Source: Geosiphon pyriformis uo1 (lineage: Eukaryota > Fungi > Glomeromycota). Taken from it: 63,938 nucleotides of DNA. The stretch covers positions 62,001-125,938 of the forward strand of contig JAAOMT010000176.1 in NCBI GenBank assembly GCA_016748015.1, in the 5' to 3' direction. A program made the position numbers and the translations under genes. Below, one piece after another: positions 25,028 through 39,800 of this stretch; position 1 is the stretch's first letter, and every line of letters begins with the position of its first letter. The notes beneath the pieces were generated by a model, which was not told the DNA's origin, did no database searches, and saw only the letters and a list, made by a program, of their open reading frames with translations.

Positions 25028-26959
25028 ATGGCTAAAACAAAGGCACGCCAACGACAACCGCCCGTACCTGCTTCACCGCCTGAAAAAAAACTAGCTAGCC
25101 GTCCACAACGACCCAAATTTGAAAAACCCGACCAAAGTTGGCTTCAAATTTTAATTAAGGCGTTTAAACACAACTACGAAGCGACCTTAACTTATAAAGA
25201 GAGTGAACTTTTTTCTTGGATATGTCAAACTTATCCTTATTACGCTACACACAATGCGGAATTCTGGCATGCGTCGGTGAAAAAAAATTTGAATAACTAT
25301 GAGGCAAGATACTCCCTTTTTCTTTCTTAGAAATTTAACAACCTATTCTATTTTGTTATCTTTTTCTACCCTCTTTTACTCCTGCATTTCTAAATTGAGA
25401 GTTGTTGGCTGTAGTGTTTTCGTAACGTCGGTCGGAATGTTTGGACATATATTGACCAAAAAGCTGCCGAAATATTGAAACAACAAGAGGAAGAAGCTGA
25501 AGAAAATGAGGAGGATGAGGATCAGATTGGAGGGGAAGAAAGTTCTGAATCGTCCGTACAGGAAAAAGAAGAGGAGGAGCCAGCAAAAATCATTAAACCA
25601 AGACTTCGGAAATCGATGAGACCAATTAAAAGGAGGTCTCCCCCACCCCAATCAAGCAGCTTTACAAAAACTGTAAAGCACAAAAGGTATCCGAGAAAAT
25701 CACATTCTGTTGATCTTCAAGAATCAGACGTACATATGTCATCGTCATCATCACCACCTACCCCCCCTCCAGAGAAGGAAGAAGAATTGGGAGAAGTTAT
25801 ACCGCAGAAACAGGAAAATGAATCAGATCAAGAATCAGATTTTGATAACGTTAGAGTCGAGAGTCCTGAAGAAGTTGCACAATTTGTATTTTCGGAAGCT
25901 AGTACTTCTGACGGCGAAAATACTAGGATCATTAAATATAGGCGAATGTCATCTGAAGCATGGCTCAAGATTCTCATCAAAATATTAAAGTCAACCAAAA
26001 AACAAAAGACCATACGTGAACTCAGCACTATGATTAAAGAAACTTATCCTATATTTGAAAATGCACCTTCAATATGGGAGTCCGATTTCACTATGGTTTT
26101 GGAATCTAACCCACAATTTCAAAACATGGGTAGGGGTCGATGGTGTATTGCAAAACACGATGATGAAATTTTCCCAAATGAAGGAACGGATGTGGAATAC
26201 CGAGAAGGAAGTGATGGATCATCTTCAACTGAAGAGGAAGATTGGAGATCATTGGGTCCTCAAAAGTTGATATCATCAAAACGACGAAGACATTCTGTTG
26301 CCGGACCCATACGAAAAAAAATTTCTACTTCCATTAAAGGAAGATCACACAGAAAAACCAAGAGTGTTTCATATCGTACCGAAGCTCCCAATATCAATGC
26401 TATTACTTCTGAATTTTTTGTAAATCCTAGTATTCATAAAATACCAGAAGTTCCAATGACTCCAGATACTCCAAATCTACGGCCGAACCTCCAGATTGGC
26501 CCAAAAGAGTTATTCAGTTCCAATCAAACGGATCCCTTGAGTCCTATTACTCCTACTCCCTTACGTCGATATGAGTTTATTACCGAGATGATAAGGTCGA
26601 CATCCCCTACTCCAACTAAACCCAAACCTCGGACACCAAAAGTCACTCCACCACCACCACCACCACCCAATTATACTGATGAAATGGACGAGGGTGATTT
26701 TGATATCCGTTATTTGAGTCATGATGAATGTACAATCAGGATAGAAAACTCACATAAATTTAATCAATTCCCCTTCAATCAAGATTACACCCATCAACAG
26801 CATATGATATCACAAGATTCACAAACATCTCCACTACATTCATCTTCACGGCATTCTCCAACTTTGATAACACTAGCATCGATTCCTGTAATTCCAGATG
26901 AACGTGCAGCGATTGAGGCACTGACTCTTTTGTGTAGAACGGAGGCTTCGCCGTTATAA
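25028..26959 (+). CDS. Protein with two divergent forkhead/winged-helix domains (exons 25028-25303, 25415-26959; GC-AG intron)
   Basis: Domain 1: KPDQSWLQILIKAF...SELFSWICQTYPYY...WHASVKKNLNNYE|CFRNV. Domain 2: WLKILIKILKSTKKQKTIRELSTMIKETYPIF...WESDFTMVLESNPQFQNMGRGRW. The C-terminus is AAIEALTLL. Confidence 0.75.
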
Positions 26960-27877
26960 CATATGTAACAAAGAACATCAGATTTTATTCTTGTAATTAT
27001 TGCATTTGTATATTCACCTTAATTTGTCAGTTACTTTACAACATTTGGTTGTCTAAGCGAGAAGCATAGTTCACGTAAAACCACACTGGTTCATCCTTTA
27101 AATTCCAAGCTGACTATCTGTAACATAATTACAAAAATTAACTTAAAAGAGAAAATGAAAAACTTTATTTTAGTAACATAATTATTTTTTTTTCCTCGTT
27201 GTGTGTAAGAATCATACCAAAACAATGCATTGTTCACAATGTATTATCTTTAGATGAAGCGACAACCTCAAAGCAGCACACATTGGTTCTCGAAATTATG
27301 AGAGGGGACATTTTGTTTTTGTATTAATGTTTAAATGAAATCTGCAATTTCAATATCAAACAGGTTTGTAGATTATCGAAATTACTAAATGTGTCAAACT
27401 ATTTGCCCAGGTTTTTTTTGTGCCAAGTTCGCAATTCAAATAAGAATAATCCTGAAATGAAATTATAAATTAATGATCCAAAATTCAAAAGATACTTGAC
27501 CGGTCAAATCTTTTTAATGAAAGTTTCAAGGATTTAGTTCATTTTTGATAAGAGAAAGTGACTCTAAAATTAAAGTTGCAGATTGGCAGTGGGTGAATAG
27601 AAAGGTAGGTAACTATTATTACCATTATTAAAAAAATAACAAATCGGGCAAAAGTAGTGTAATAAATTCTGTTTTTAAACCCCCGTTGACTTTAAAAGAA
27701 TTGGATTAAATTACAAAATTTCTATACAAGGAGTGATTTAATTATAACACAGAAGAGATTAAAAACAAAATCTTTTCAAGGTCTTTTTTAACTGTACAAA
27801 AAAAGCGATCAAAAAATGGGAGGAATGGGTTTAATTGAAGGTATCGCCAATATATATTCCCGGGGCGTTGATAATAA

Positions 27878-29684
27878 TCACATACTGGCACGATATAACG
27901 GGCGCTCTCTTTGTGTTACAGCTGGTACAATGGGAGTTACAACAACTATCTCATTATTTGTTGTAGATTGTTGAAGTCGAGGCGGTGGTTGTACCGAATG
28001 CCGAACGGTGGGTCTTCGACTCCGTCGTCGTCTACGACCAGCGCGACGAATTGCCGTCAAATATTTTACCCATCGAAAGTGGGGGAAAATGTGTGGCGAA
28101 TCAGACGAAGAGGCTTGTGATATTGTATCATCATTATTATTATTAATATTAGTGCCTTGAGCAACAGCCTGCAAGTCTGTTGTAATTGGCTGTGTGTCCA
28201 CTGAACTAGAGGAATTCGATTGATCATCATTACTACTCGCATTCCCCGACACGTCAATGTTCCATGTTGTGAAATCTGATTTACACATGGGACATAATGG
28301 AGATATATCTAAAAGCCATGGATCGATACATGTTCTTTATAGAAGAAAAGGATTTTTTTTGGTTTTAATGGACGAGTTAAGCTTTTTGATAATTTTGAAT
28401 TTTGAATACTTACGTGTGGTACTGATGATGGCAAGGTAAGATCCTTAATTCCTCGCCTGCCTCAAAATCACCCAAACAAATAGGACATGTTAATTGTTCT
28501 TCGGTGACATGATTCGAAGACAATAGCGACACTGAACGATTGGAAATTGAAGTAGTGTGTGAATCTTGAGGTTGTACTACAATAGATTTTGGAATTGTGA
28601 CCAGAGGTTCATCGGTTACTTCAATTGGCACAGATTTATTATCATCCTCGGTTAATTTATTTGGCTCGGCAACAAATGTCTCATCTTCTGCTGATTTATT
28701 TTCATCGTCTGGTGTTGGGACAGTTGTTAATTCAATATAATCTGTTCCACGATCGATATTTCCGGTTGTACCTTTTTCTAAACCATCTTTCGGATCTTTA
28801 TCCGTGACATCCTCCATATTCGTATTTACCCCGCCGAGAGAAAATAAATAAACCGGAAAACTTTCCAAGACAGCTCTCGCGATCCCTCTTCTACCATTTC
28901 TATTATTTCCATCGTTTCCGGAAATATTGATCGGAGCATTTGGAGGAGATGATGGACGTAGTCGATTTTTAATTACGTTTGTCACAACCACTATAAAAAA
29001 TAATCCTAATACAATTCCGGAAACCGCATATAACACGATCATTGCTGTTTGATAAGTTTTGAGTACACCACTGTTATTTGAAGGATTGGGGTTTGAAGTG
29101 ACAGAATTATTTGGAAGACCGCTTATAACGGTATTTTCGACACCACTGCCATTAGGCATGCGTTTTCTTATCGTGGCACAGTAGTCATCGGTTCCCATCA
29201 TTTCCAAACAACCCACATATTTAAAAGTGAAACATAAACTCGATCTCTCTTGCCATTCTTCAGGTAATTTTGAAGTTAGGACGACCTTTTGAGAATTTGG
29301 TTCACACGGGAAAAATTCTTTTGAATCGTTGGGAAAATTGTTGAAGGATGTGTCCATACATATATAAATCGGTTTTCCCTGATAAAAGATGAATTAATAA
29401 TTTTTAAATTGTTGCAGTCCAGAAAAAGTTGTAGCAGTTAATAAAACTTGGGCACAAGAAAATTTTGAAAGAAAACCTACAGTTTTGTTGTAGGTTTGCA
29501 CGGTATCATTGAAAAGGCTTAGAGGGCAGTTGATTAGCGAATTCTGAGAGTTTTTGAGGGTCAAACCCCACTCAAGCTCATTTTTACTATCAGGCATCGG
29601 GTGACTCTCATTTTTGACAAAGTTGTTGAAAAGTAGAAAAAGCACACAAAAAACAAATACTCGATGAGGTAAAGTATAGACCAT
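27878..29684 (-). CDS. Type I membrane RING-H2 E3 ubiquitin ligase (RNF13/GRAIL/ATL-like topology)
   Basis: Signal-peptide-like N-terminus, TM helix AMIVLYAVSGIVLGLFFIVVV, GIARAVLESFPV, and RING CPICLGDFEAGEELRILPCHHQYH|..CIDPWLLDISPLCPMCK across an intron. Confidence 0.85.
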
Positions 29685-31271
29685 GAGCTACAAGAGAAGT
29701 TTTATTTTTAAATTTTTGCAAGTGGGGACTTTTATAAACTATTTTTTTTACAAAGCTATTTACACTACGCGTGAAAAAAATGTGCAAAGTTACTAAAATG
29801 CCGAAGACTGTATGAACGATTTTTTATTTTTTATTTTGATGGGTTCTCGATAAAAGAGTTAGGAAAGAGAAGAGTAAGGTAAAATTCCCAAGTCCAATAT
29901 TGAAGTGACAAGTTATCCCACGATAATTGCCGCGGGAACTGATTTTTGAAAAATTCCAAAAAAAACTGGTATTTAATGAAGATATTAAAATTTCTAGTGT
30001 ATGTTTTTTGAAAAAAAAGGTGGAGAAATTTGGTATATGTACATATACAACGACAACGAGTAGCGATAAAAAAGTTGAAAAGAGGAGAAACGTCCAAACT
30101 ATTCAAACCTGTTATATTATTAAAAAGTGTAGCTTTTACCGAAAGATTGGAAGGTCATCCGACCAACGCCAATTAAATATATCAAATATACTTTATTTTT
30201 ATCGTGATAACCATCATTATTAATCTAAAATGTACCATTTTTGAGGAGATCTGTAATGGGAAGCTCTCAGGTTTTTTCTTTTTTTTGACAATGGGTTAAT
30301 TGGATGTACTATTTTGGGTATATTATGACCACATCATAACTAAATAATAATGGTAAAAAAGATTTTTTTTTGATTAAATTTTTTTTTTAAATATAGTTCC
30401 TCTAATTTATCTTATATTCTTTCTTTACTTTTTTAATTCTTATTATAGAAAGGTGCCGATTTTTATTTTACAATGACCTAATTTTTTCTATTCTTGAGTA
30501 TTACTCATCTTTTTAGTTATAATCCTAATTTATTTCTATTTTGTTCGAAAGTTATAAATTATTAGGCTCAAAAATTAAATGTTTTTATTGAAAGAAGAAA
30601 CATGGTTCAAATTTTTTCCGGGGTAATTTGAGATTGTGGCAAAGCTAATAATAATATACTCAATTTAGCAATATATAGATATTAATTTTTTATAATGTTT
30701 TCCCTCATATACTGTAAAATTCTAAAGTTCGAATTTTTGGAATTACCTTTTTGCCTTTAAAAAGATTACATAGGTTTCGGTAATCCGGATACTTTCGTTT
30801 CCCATCTAGTAATTATTTCTTTTATTTTTTATTCATGAATGAAAAAAGTAATCCTAAATTGGGAATTCAGTTTTACCCCTGTTCCTATTTTTATTGTCAC
30901 CAACGGTTATTCAAATTTTCCAAATAGACTCTCCTCGTTAATTATTCTAACGAAGTATGGTAAGTTAATGATCTGTATGACAAATTGTGAGTTTCACCAT
31001 CAAATTTTTTAATTATAGAACTTCGAAAGACTAACTCAAACTAATTAATTTTTTATTATAAATTATACAAAATTATACATTCTGCTAAATCCAGAATAGA
31101 AAAGTTTCTTACCAATTGAACTTCATAGGATATTTCTATGGTTAATTAAAGAAATTCCATTTAATATCTAAGTAAAAAGAAATAACCAAGTTCCTTTATG
31201 TTAGACTCAACAGATAGTTTGGATCTATAGATAGTTTTTGTGTGTAAGTTTAAATATTTGGAGAAAAATTA

Positions 31272-31362
31272 ATTTGTTATTGATTTGATTTGATTTGATT
31301 TGTTATTGATTTGATTTGATTTGATTTGATTTGATTTGATTTGATTTGATTTAATTTAATTT
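31272..31362. repeat. (ATTTG)n pentanucleotide microsatellite
   Basis: Run of GATTT units with GTTAT interruptions, decaying into AATTT. Confidence 0.95.
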
Positions 31363-31758
31363 AATAATAATTGAAATTATGAGATTTTGAAAATCAAAAG
31401 AATTTATGTTTATGCAAAAACGTTTATTTATAATTTTTTCAAATTATAAAGATAAAAATTTTAAAACTAATTTTCAACTTTTTGTTTTCATAAAATAAAT
31501 GTATAAAAATAAAGACTGATTTTTTTATTAATTAAAATTAATAATTACACCCATTTTTATCATTACTTAATATTTGAAAAAAGGTTAATAGTTTTGAAAC
31601 TTTATGATATTTTTTAAAATCAAGTTTCAAGTTTCTTGGATTTTTCCATATTAAAAATATTAATTAAAGAAACTATTAAAAGATTTGGTTAATCGTTGAT
31701 AGTATTTTTTTTTAGGTCTTCAAATTTCCTTCCACCAATATTTGAATGATTATTTATT

Positions 31759-33851
31759 TCAAGAATTGTGGGAATTAGATCCTGAACCCTGAATTAATTT
31801 ATAACTTCTGTCAAAGAAGTCATTCGGGTGATCGATTGTTGGAATTGATTCTTTTTCCTGAAAACCTCTAGTTATCTCAAAGTATCGGGTGCAAGCGAAA
31901 TTGTAATGGTGACCTTTTACATGATTCAAGATTTCATTCACTTGATCTTTATCTCTTAAACCAGTTTTGTAAAGAATATGGGTAAGATTTGTTTGAGAAA
32001 AATGCCGGAATGGACAGCCATGATGATCCTGATCTCCCGTCGGATTGTTGGAAATGATTTTTTGGCAGCTGTAAAATGAAAGTCATGAAGGAGAAATAAT
32101 GAGCCTAAATCAAATTTTTACTTGAAGGCAAAAGATACATACTTTAAAGGAGCATAATCATGTCTTTTCCCTTCCATTCCATAATTATGTCTGATGTTAT
32201 ACGAGTAGTTTTTCTGGAACTGATCTTCAGTTATAGTAGAAAATGATTGCCTCCAAAACTGGAGTGCCTGTTCCAAAGAAAGTCCTATCCCCTTTTTTTA
32301 AGAAAAAACTAAGTATTGATTCGATATTGCAAATGACAGAAAAAAACAGAAATACCAAACTTTAAGAAACAAGTTATATTGCATTCTACCAAAATGTTTC
32401 AAATGTTTTTTTTCTCCAAGTTTTATGTGCAAATTTCGCATACAAAGTGGGAAATTCTCAACCAACTGTTTTAATAAGTGTATAAGTAAAATTACTAAAA
32501 AAGTTTTGAACATTATTCCCCCTTTTTCCACCTACCTGATCCACATCATCAGCCTTTATTTGACCTGCTATTTTTGTTGATCGAGTATATCCTGGAGCGG
32601 ATTCCAAGTGATTCATACTTTTCAATATTGGGGTCACCCGTTCATCATCCTCTAAATTTGGGATCGCTTTGCAAGTTGCCTAGAAATTAAATTAGTATCC
32701 TACTAAAACTCCGAATTCAACAATTCCTAATATTCTTTCTTTTACCTCAAGAACTTTGATCAGGTGACGACGAAACTCCTCCACCACGAGTGAGGTTTGG
32801 TCAGATTCCGGGACATAGGCTTTACCCATTTTAATAAACACGGCACGTTTAGCAACTAAAACAAACACTTTTTCAAAATCGACCTTTAGTAATTAAGATG
32901 TATAATTAATGATAATAAAAGTCATCACGTCAAAAAAAGTGTCAAAAAACTATTTAATACCTCTAGAAAATTCTCGTCATCGAACTCTCTTATATGAGGC
33001 GAGGCTGCTGTTAATTCTGCCTTCATAGAGGCCTTTTCTTCACCACTTAACTAGTTAGGCTATAGCATTAGCAACAGAGTATTAAATAAAAAAAATCATA
33101 AATTTGTTGCCACTTATATACATATTTCCAGTTCAATTTTTGATCTGCCAAAAATTGTTTTTTTTCAGCTTGAAGAGTATCCATATATCTATATCTAAAG
33201 AAGTCGAAATCTGATGAATGAATTGCAAATTAAAGGCAAAAACATGGTAGATTAAATCTTACTTGAATAAAAGTACTTCATGCTTTAAGAGCCAACGGCG
33301 CAACTCGTCACTAGGAAGTTTTAAGGAGCCAAAATTCTTTCAGATCTTTTGATTAAGGTATTATTTTTCGTTTGCAAATTTGCCAATAATTCATCAGGCA
33401 TAGAGACCTTCGGCAATAAGCCAAACGTAATATGAAATGGGATATGTGATCCTTTCTCCTTTCCTCTTGAATTGCATATCCCTTTTTTGCTTCGTTATTG
33501 TGTAACGGCAGATATTTATTTGCTATCTCAATTACATGCTTTTTGGCGTCTGATTCAGATTTATTACGTAGTAAAGTAGCCTCTACTTCCTTCAAGACTA
33601 ATTTTTTGAATGTACACTATATTATAAATTATTCGAGAATTGAACAAGGTAACAGAATTCAAAAAAAAAAAAAAAAAAGAGAGTATTAAACCTTGTAGCC
33701 TATCCAAAGCGAACTGCTCAAACTCTTCGAGGTTAATAACCTCAGTGGGAGGTGTATCATAAAAGTTCAGACAATACGCGTAGTCTCTTGTATGCCGTTG
33801 CACTTCTCCCTTGTAATCCCCCCCGTTATTCAGTTTTTCTGGTTTATACAT
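31759..33851 (-). CDS. PRI2: DNA primase large subunit, multi-exon
   Basis: [39 protein letters not shown], and Fe-S domain motifs [54 protein letters not shown]. Confidence 0.95.
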
Positions 33852-33967
33852 AGATCCAAATCTTTGGCAAAAAGATCCAATGATTGATTTTTTTTGTAAA
33901 TTGTACGGATATTCTTTAATTTCACTATAGTTTTGTCTAAGAATGAAATTTCCACAAAAGTTGAAAG

Positions 33968-33973
33968 ACGCGT
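33968..33973. promoter_or_regulatory. MCB-like box (ACGCGT) upstream of PRI2
   Basis: Perfect ACGCGT about 120 bp upstream of the start of a DNA replication gene. Confidence 0.45.
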
Positions 33974-34446
33974 TGCAATTATAGCGATTTTTTTTATGTT
34001 CTGAATTTCTGATAACGTGTTTTTAGATATGGCACATGGCCATCAAGATAATCTGATACTGTTATGACCCATGGCAATTAATATTTACATGGTTAACATG
34101 TTTGGCAAAAGAATGTTCAAATTAATTTAGAATCAATTTTATTCATCCCAGGAAATTTCTCTCCTCCTTATCTATCACATAAGGAATACTCAAACTTCCA
34201 AATCAGTCACATTTCGTCCAAGACAAAAATATTTGGCGACACTTAAGATCCTGAGCGTAATTTACAGTTCCTCTCTATCCCTGTCTGTCAGAAAGTAAAT
34301 ATCATACACTATGTTTCGATTTAAATCAAATCTTATAATCATGACAAACGCAGATATTAAATGAAATCGTATAAGAAAATGATGCTCCAGAAAGGAAGAA
34401 CAATTTGTTTCGAGAGTATTGTGGCTACAGCCGCTCATTCCCAACC

Positions 34447-35738
<1,292 letters not shown>

Positions 35739-35849
35739 TAGGACTTCGCTTACCGACTACGATTTAAAGCTTAAATTTATAAAGTAAGGGGCGTGCTGCA
35801 ACCAAGTGAACTTCTGACGTCAACACGGAATTTCTGAATTTTAATTTTG

Positions 35850-36804
35850 ACTGATTTGTACAGTAACTAAATATAAATGTAATTAAGATCGAAATTAATT
35901 AATTTACTATGTTTTAAATTTAAAAAAACTTTTAATTCAAATTATTTTTTATTTCTTAGCATAATATTATAAAAACACTTATTTACTAAAGCATAAATTA
36001 TTAACTTGAAAATTTAAAATTAAACTTTTACACAAAATATAACTTTTAAAAAAATTTGAATTTATTGCAATTTTTTAAATAATAGTTTTAAAGCAAAAGA
36101 CAAAAAAAGCCTCTTTAATATAAAATAAAAATTTATTAACATAAAAACAATAATGAAAATTATTATAATAACAACTTAAAATATTTTTATAATTAACACT
36201 AAAAATTAAAAAGCAAAAATAATTTCTTAATTATAAAAAATAAATAAAAAATATTTATTTATTTAAGTTAATTAAAATATATTTTATTAACAAAAATTTT
36301 ATTATAAATTAATTTTAAAATTTGCAAAATTATATATGTTAATTTAAATAATTTATTTTTTAATCCTATTAAAATTTTTTAAAAACATTAATTAATTATT
36401 ATTTATTAATTTAATATTTATATTAAAATTGTTTTTTTAAAATTACATAATATTATTCTTTTTTATTGGTTTTATTAATGTTAATTATAATTTTAAAATT
36501 GGTTTATTTGAATTTAAATTCTAAAATTTGTTAAATTTAATTTAATTTATTATTATTATAATTAATTTTTTAATAAATTTGGTTATTTTTTTGTATTAAT
36601 TTAAGCAAATTTTATTATAAATATTAAAACCAAATTTATTTTATTGACATTTCTAATTAAAAATATATTTGAAATAATTATTTGGTTGTTATAAAATTTA
36701 ATTAATTTAAAAATAAATTAAAAACTTATTTTTTTAATATATATTTAATTTTAAAAATTTATTTATTATTATAATAAATTTTAATAAATTATATAATATA
36801 TAAT

Positions 36805-36850
<46 letters not shown>

Positions 36851-39800
36851 TTTTTTTTTTCTTCTTATTTTATAATTATAATTAAAACAAAAAAGTTTTA
36901 AATATTATTTTTTTTATAATAACTAATAAAGTTTTAATAAAAGAGTATTTTTTTATTGTTAAAGGAGCTAAACAAAATATCTTAACAATATTTTTTTTAA
37001 TAATAATAATAAAAAACTGTCTTTAATGACTTTTAAAGTATTTTTTACTTTTAACTAATGATTTTTTTTCAGTTAAAATTTTTTTTAAAAGACATATTTA
37101 AGTTAATTCTAATATTGTTTTTACTTTTTCTAAGAGCTTTAAAGTTTTTAATAATAAACCAATTAACAAACTAATTTTTTTTGTTTTTATTATTAATATT
37201 ATTACTATTATCTCTTTGTAAATAGTTAAAAAGACCAAAAAATCAAAAAAACAACAGCAGTTACTTATGTCTATTATTATTATACCAAACTTATTTATAA
37301 TTCTAAATAAAATTTTAAATAAATTTTTTTAATAATATTTAGCCTTTTTTTTAATATAAGCAATAACAACAATAAAATATCTTTTATAATAAGACAAAAT
37401 TAATTATTAGTTATATTGTTAAATATAATGTTTTTAACAGATTATTGTTGATTCTAAAAACAAAACAACCTATTGAGTTATCTAATCTTAAAGATTAAGT
37501 TAATTAAATAAAAACTAAATCAATTTTTGTTCTTTTGTTTTTTGATAATATCTCTAATAATGTTTAAAAAACAATTTTTAGTTATTAAAGGTTTTTTGAA
37601 TAGATAGTTTTTATTTTAATGCTTAATACTACTTTTAAGATTAAATTGGCTTTGGTTAATTTTTTGTTTTATTTGCTATCTGGTTTTGTTGGACTCAAGT
37701 CAGTTTTCAAAAACAATATTAAGTTGTTTTATATGGATTTTGCTTCCAAAACTTTTTTGGTTGCTATTATTAAAGTTTTTATTAATGGTTTTTTTTTTTG
37801 ACTATACTTAAAGTTGTTAAATTTTCTGTGATAGCTTTTGGTTTTTTTTTTACTTTTGTTATACTTTATAATATTTTTCTTAATATATTTTTTGATGACA
37901 TTAAAAATGTTTTTGGTATTTTTGGTGTTATTATTTTTGTTAAATTAAAATCTGTTGGTTTATAATAATATACTATTGTTAATTTCAAAAACTTTTTTTT
38001 TGCTATTGTTATTTTTAGTAACTAATTTGTGCTAATAAAAAAAACAATATTTGAATTTTTTTTTAATCAATAAAAAATTATTACTTTAAAAAATTTTTTA
38101 AGATCAAATTAGTCAATTTTTTTGGCTGTATTGCTTTTAAAATTAGTAATATAATTTCTCAAATTGGTGATCATATTTGTTTTATTTCTTATTCTTTAAA
38201 TTCCTATTATTATTAATGTTTACTGTTGTTATTTTTGAGTTTTATAAAATATTAAAACTTGTTATAATAAAAACCAATATTTTGTACAAGTATTATATTT
38301 GATAGAAAACTTTTAAGTACTATTACTATTACAAATGTCAAAATTTGAACCACTTATCTGTTAATTAAAAAATGTTTTTATCTTTTTCTCCAAAGTTATT
38401 TTCTAAATTTGTTGTTGGTTTTTAGTTTTTTGTATTATTTGTTATTAATAACAAATTTTATGTTATAGCTTTTGTTTTTTTGATTTTTCTCTTGTTGTTT
38501 CTTTGGCTGTTTTTATTGTTAATTTTGTTGTTAATTTTGTTTTTAAGTCTAATTTAAACTCTTTAAAATCTTAAATCTCAAGCTTGGTTGCTTTGATTAA
38601 ATTTATTATTAAACCAATTGGTTTTTTAATTGCTTTGGTGATTTTTTTTATGTTTAAAAATATACACAAAAATTATAAAATTGAGAAAAACCTGCTTATT
38701 ATATGTAATGTTTCTTAAAATTTTGCTTTTTTTTGGCTGGTATATTTAAAAACTTTGCTAATCTTAAAGTTAAAGTTAAATTTAGTAATATAGATAATAA
38801 TAATTTAAGTATTGTCAAAGTATATTGTTATTAACAACAAAACATGAATTTAAAAATTTTTTTAGCAACAATAATACTTTTTTTTAACAATATATACATA
38901 ATTATATGAATTATTTTAGTATTTAAAAAAGTAAAAACAAAAAATAATTGTTATTACTATTTTATTTTTGGTAAAAACCAGTTTAATATAAGTTTTTATA
39001 AAGAAATATAATCAAATTCATATTTAAAACACAAGAAATAAATCAAAATCAAAAAACAAACTATTCAATCAAAATATAATCAGAATTTTTTTAAGTAATT
39101 ATCAAAAATATGTGGTATTTAAAAGCCTATTTTAAAAGTAAAAATAAAGAAAATTATAAAAAATTTTATAAAAAAAACATAATTGAAATATTTAATTAAT
39201 TAAATATTATTGTTGAGACTAATTTCTAATAACATAATACTTTTTTTATTACTTAATTATTATTATAATAAAGACAAGATCAAATAATAAAACTAATAGC
39301 TTATTTGATAAAATTAGTCATAATGTAAAATATTAATAATATATATTAAAAGACCAAAAATAATAAAAAATTTGAAAAAATAATAAAAAATATATATATA
39401 CTGTAAATGTTAATAAAAAGTATTTAAAGCTTGGGAAAAAAAACATATAAAAAAAACACTTAACTGCTTATTATAAAATTATAAAAAAGAATCAATTCAA
39501 TATAAAACTAATACTTTCTTTAGTTTATAAAAAACTGTATATATAATCAAATTACATAAGATCTATATACTATTTTAAGATTATTTTAAGTACATTAATT
39601 ATTTATATATATTAAATTAATTAATTTAATTGTAAGCTTACTTAATATATTATTTTTCTAGCAGCTAATAATTTAAATAATCAGATTTAATTGTAATTAT
39701 AATTAATATAATTAAACATAAATTAATTAATTATATTTTTTGATAATTATTTCTGAATAATAATTGCAAATCTGAAATATTAAACTATATAAATAAAGAC

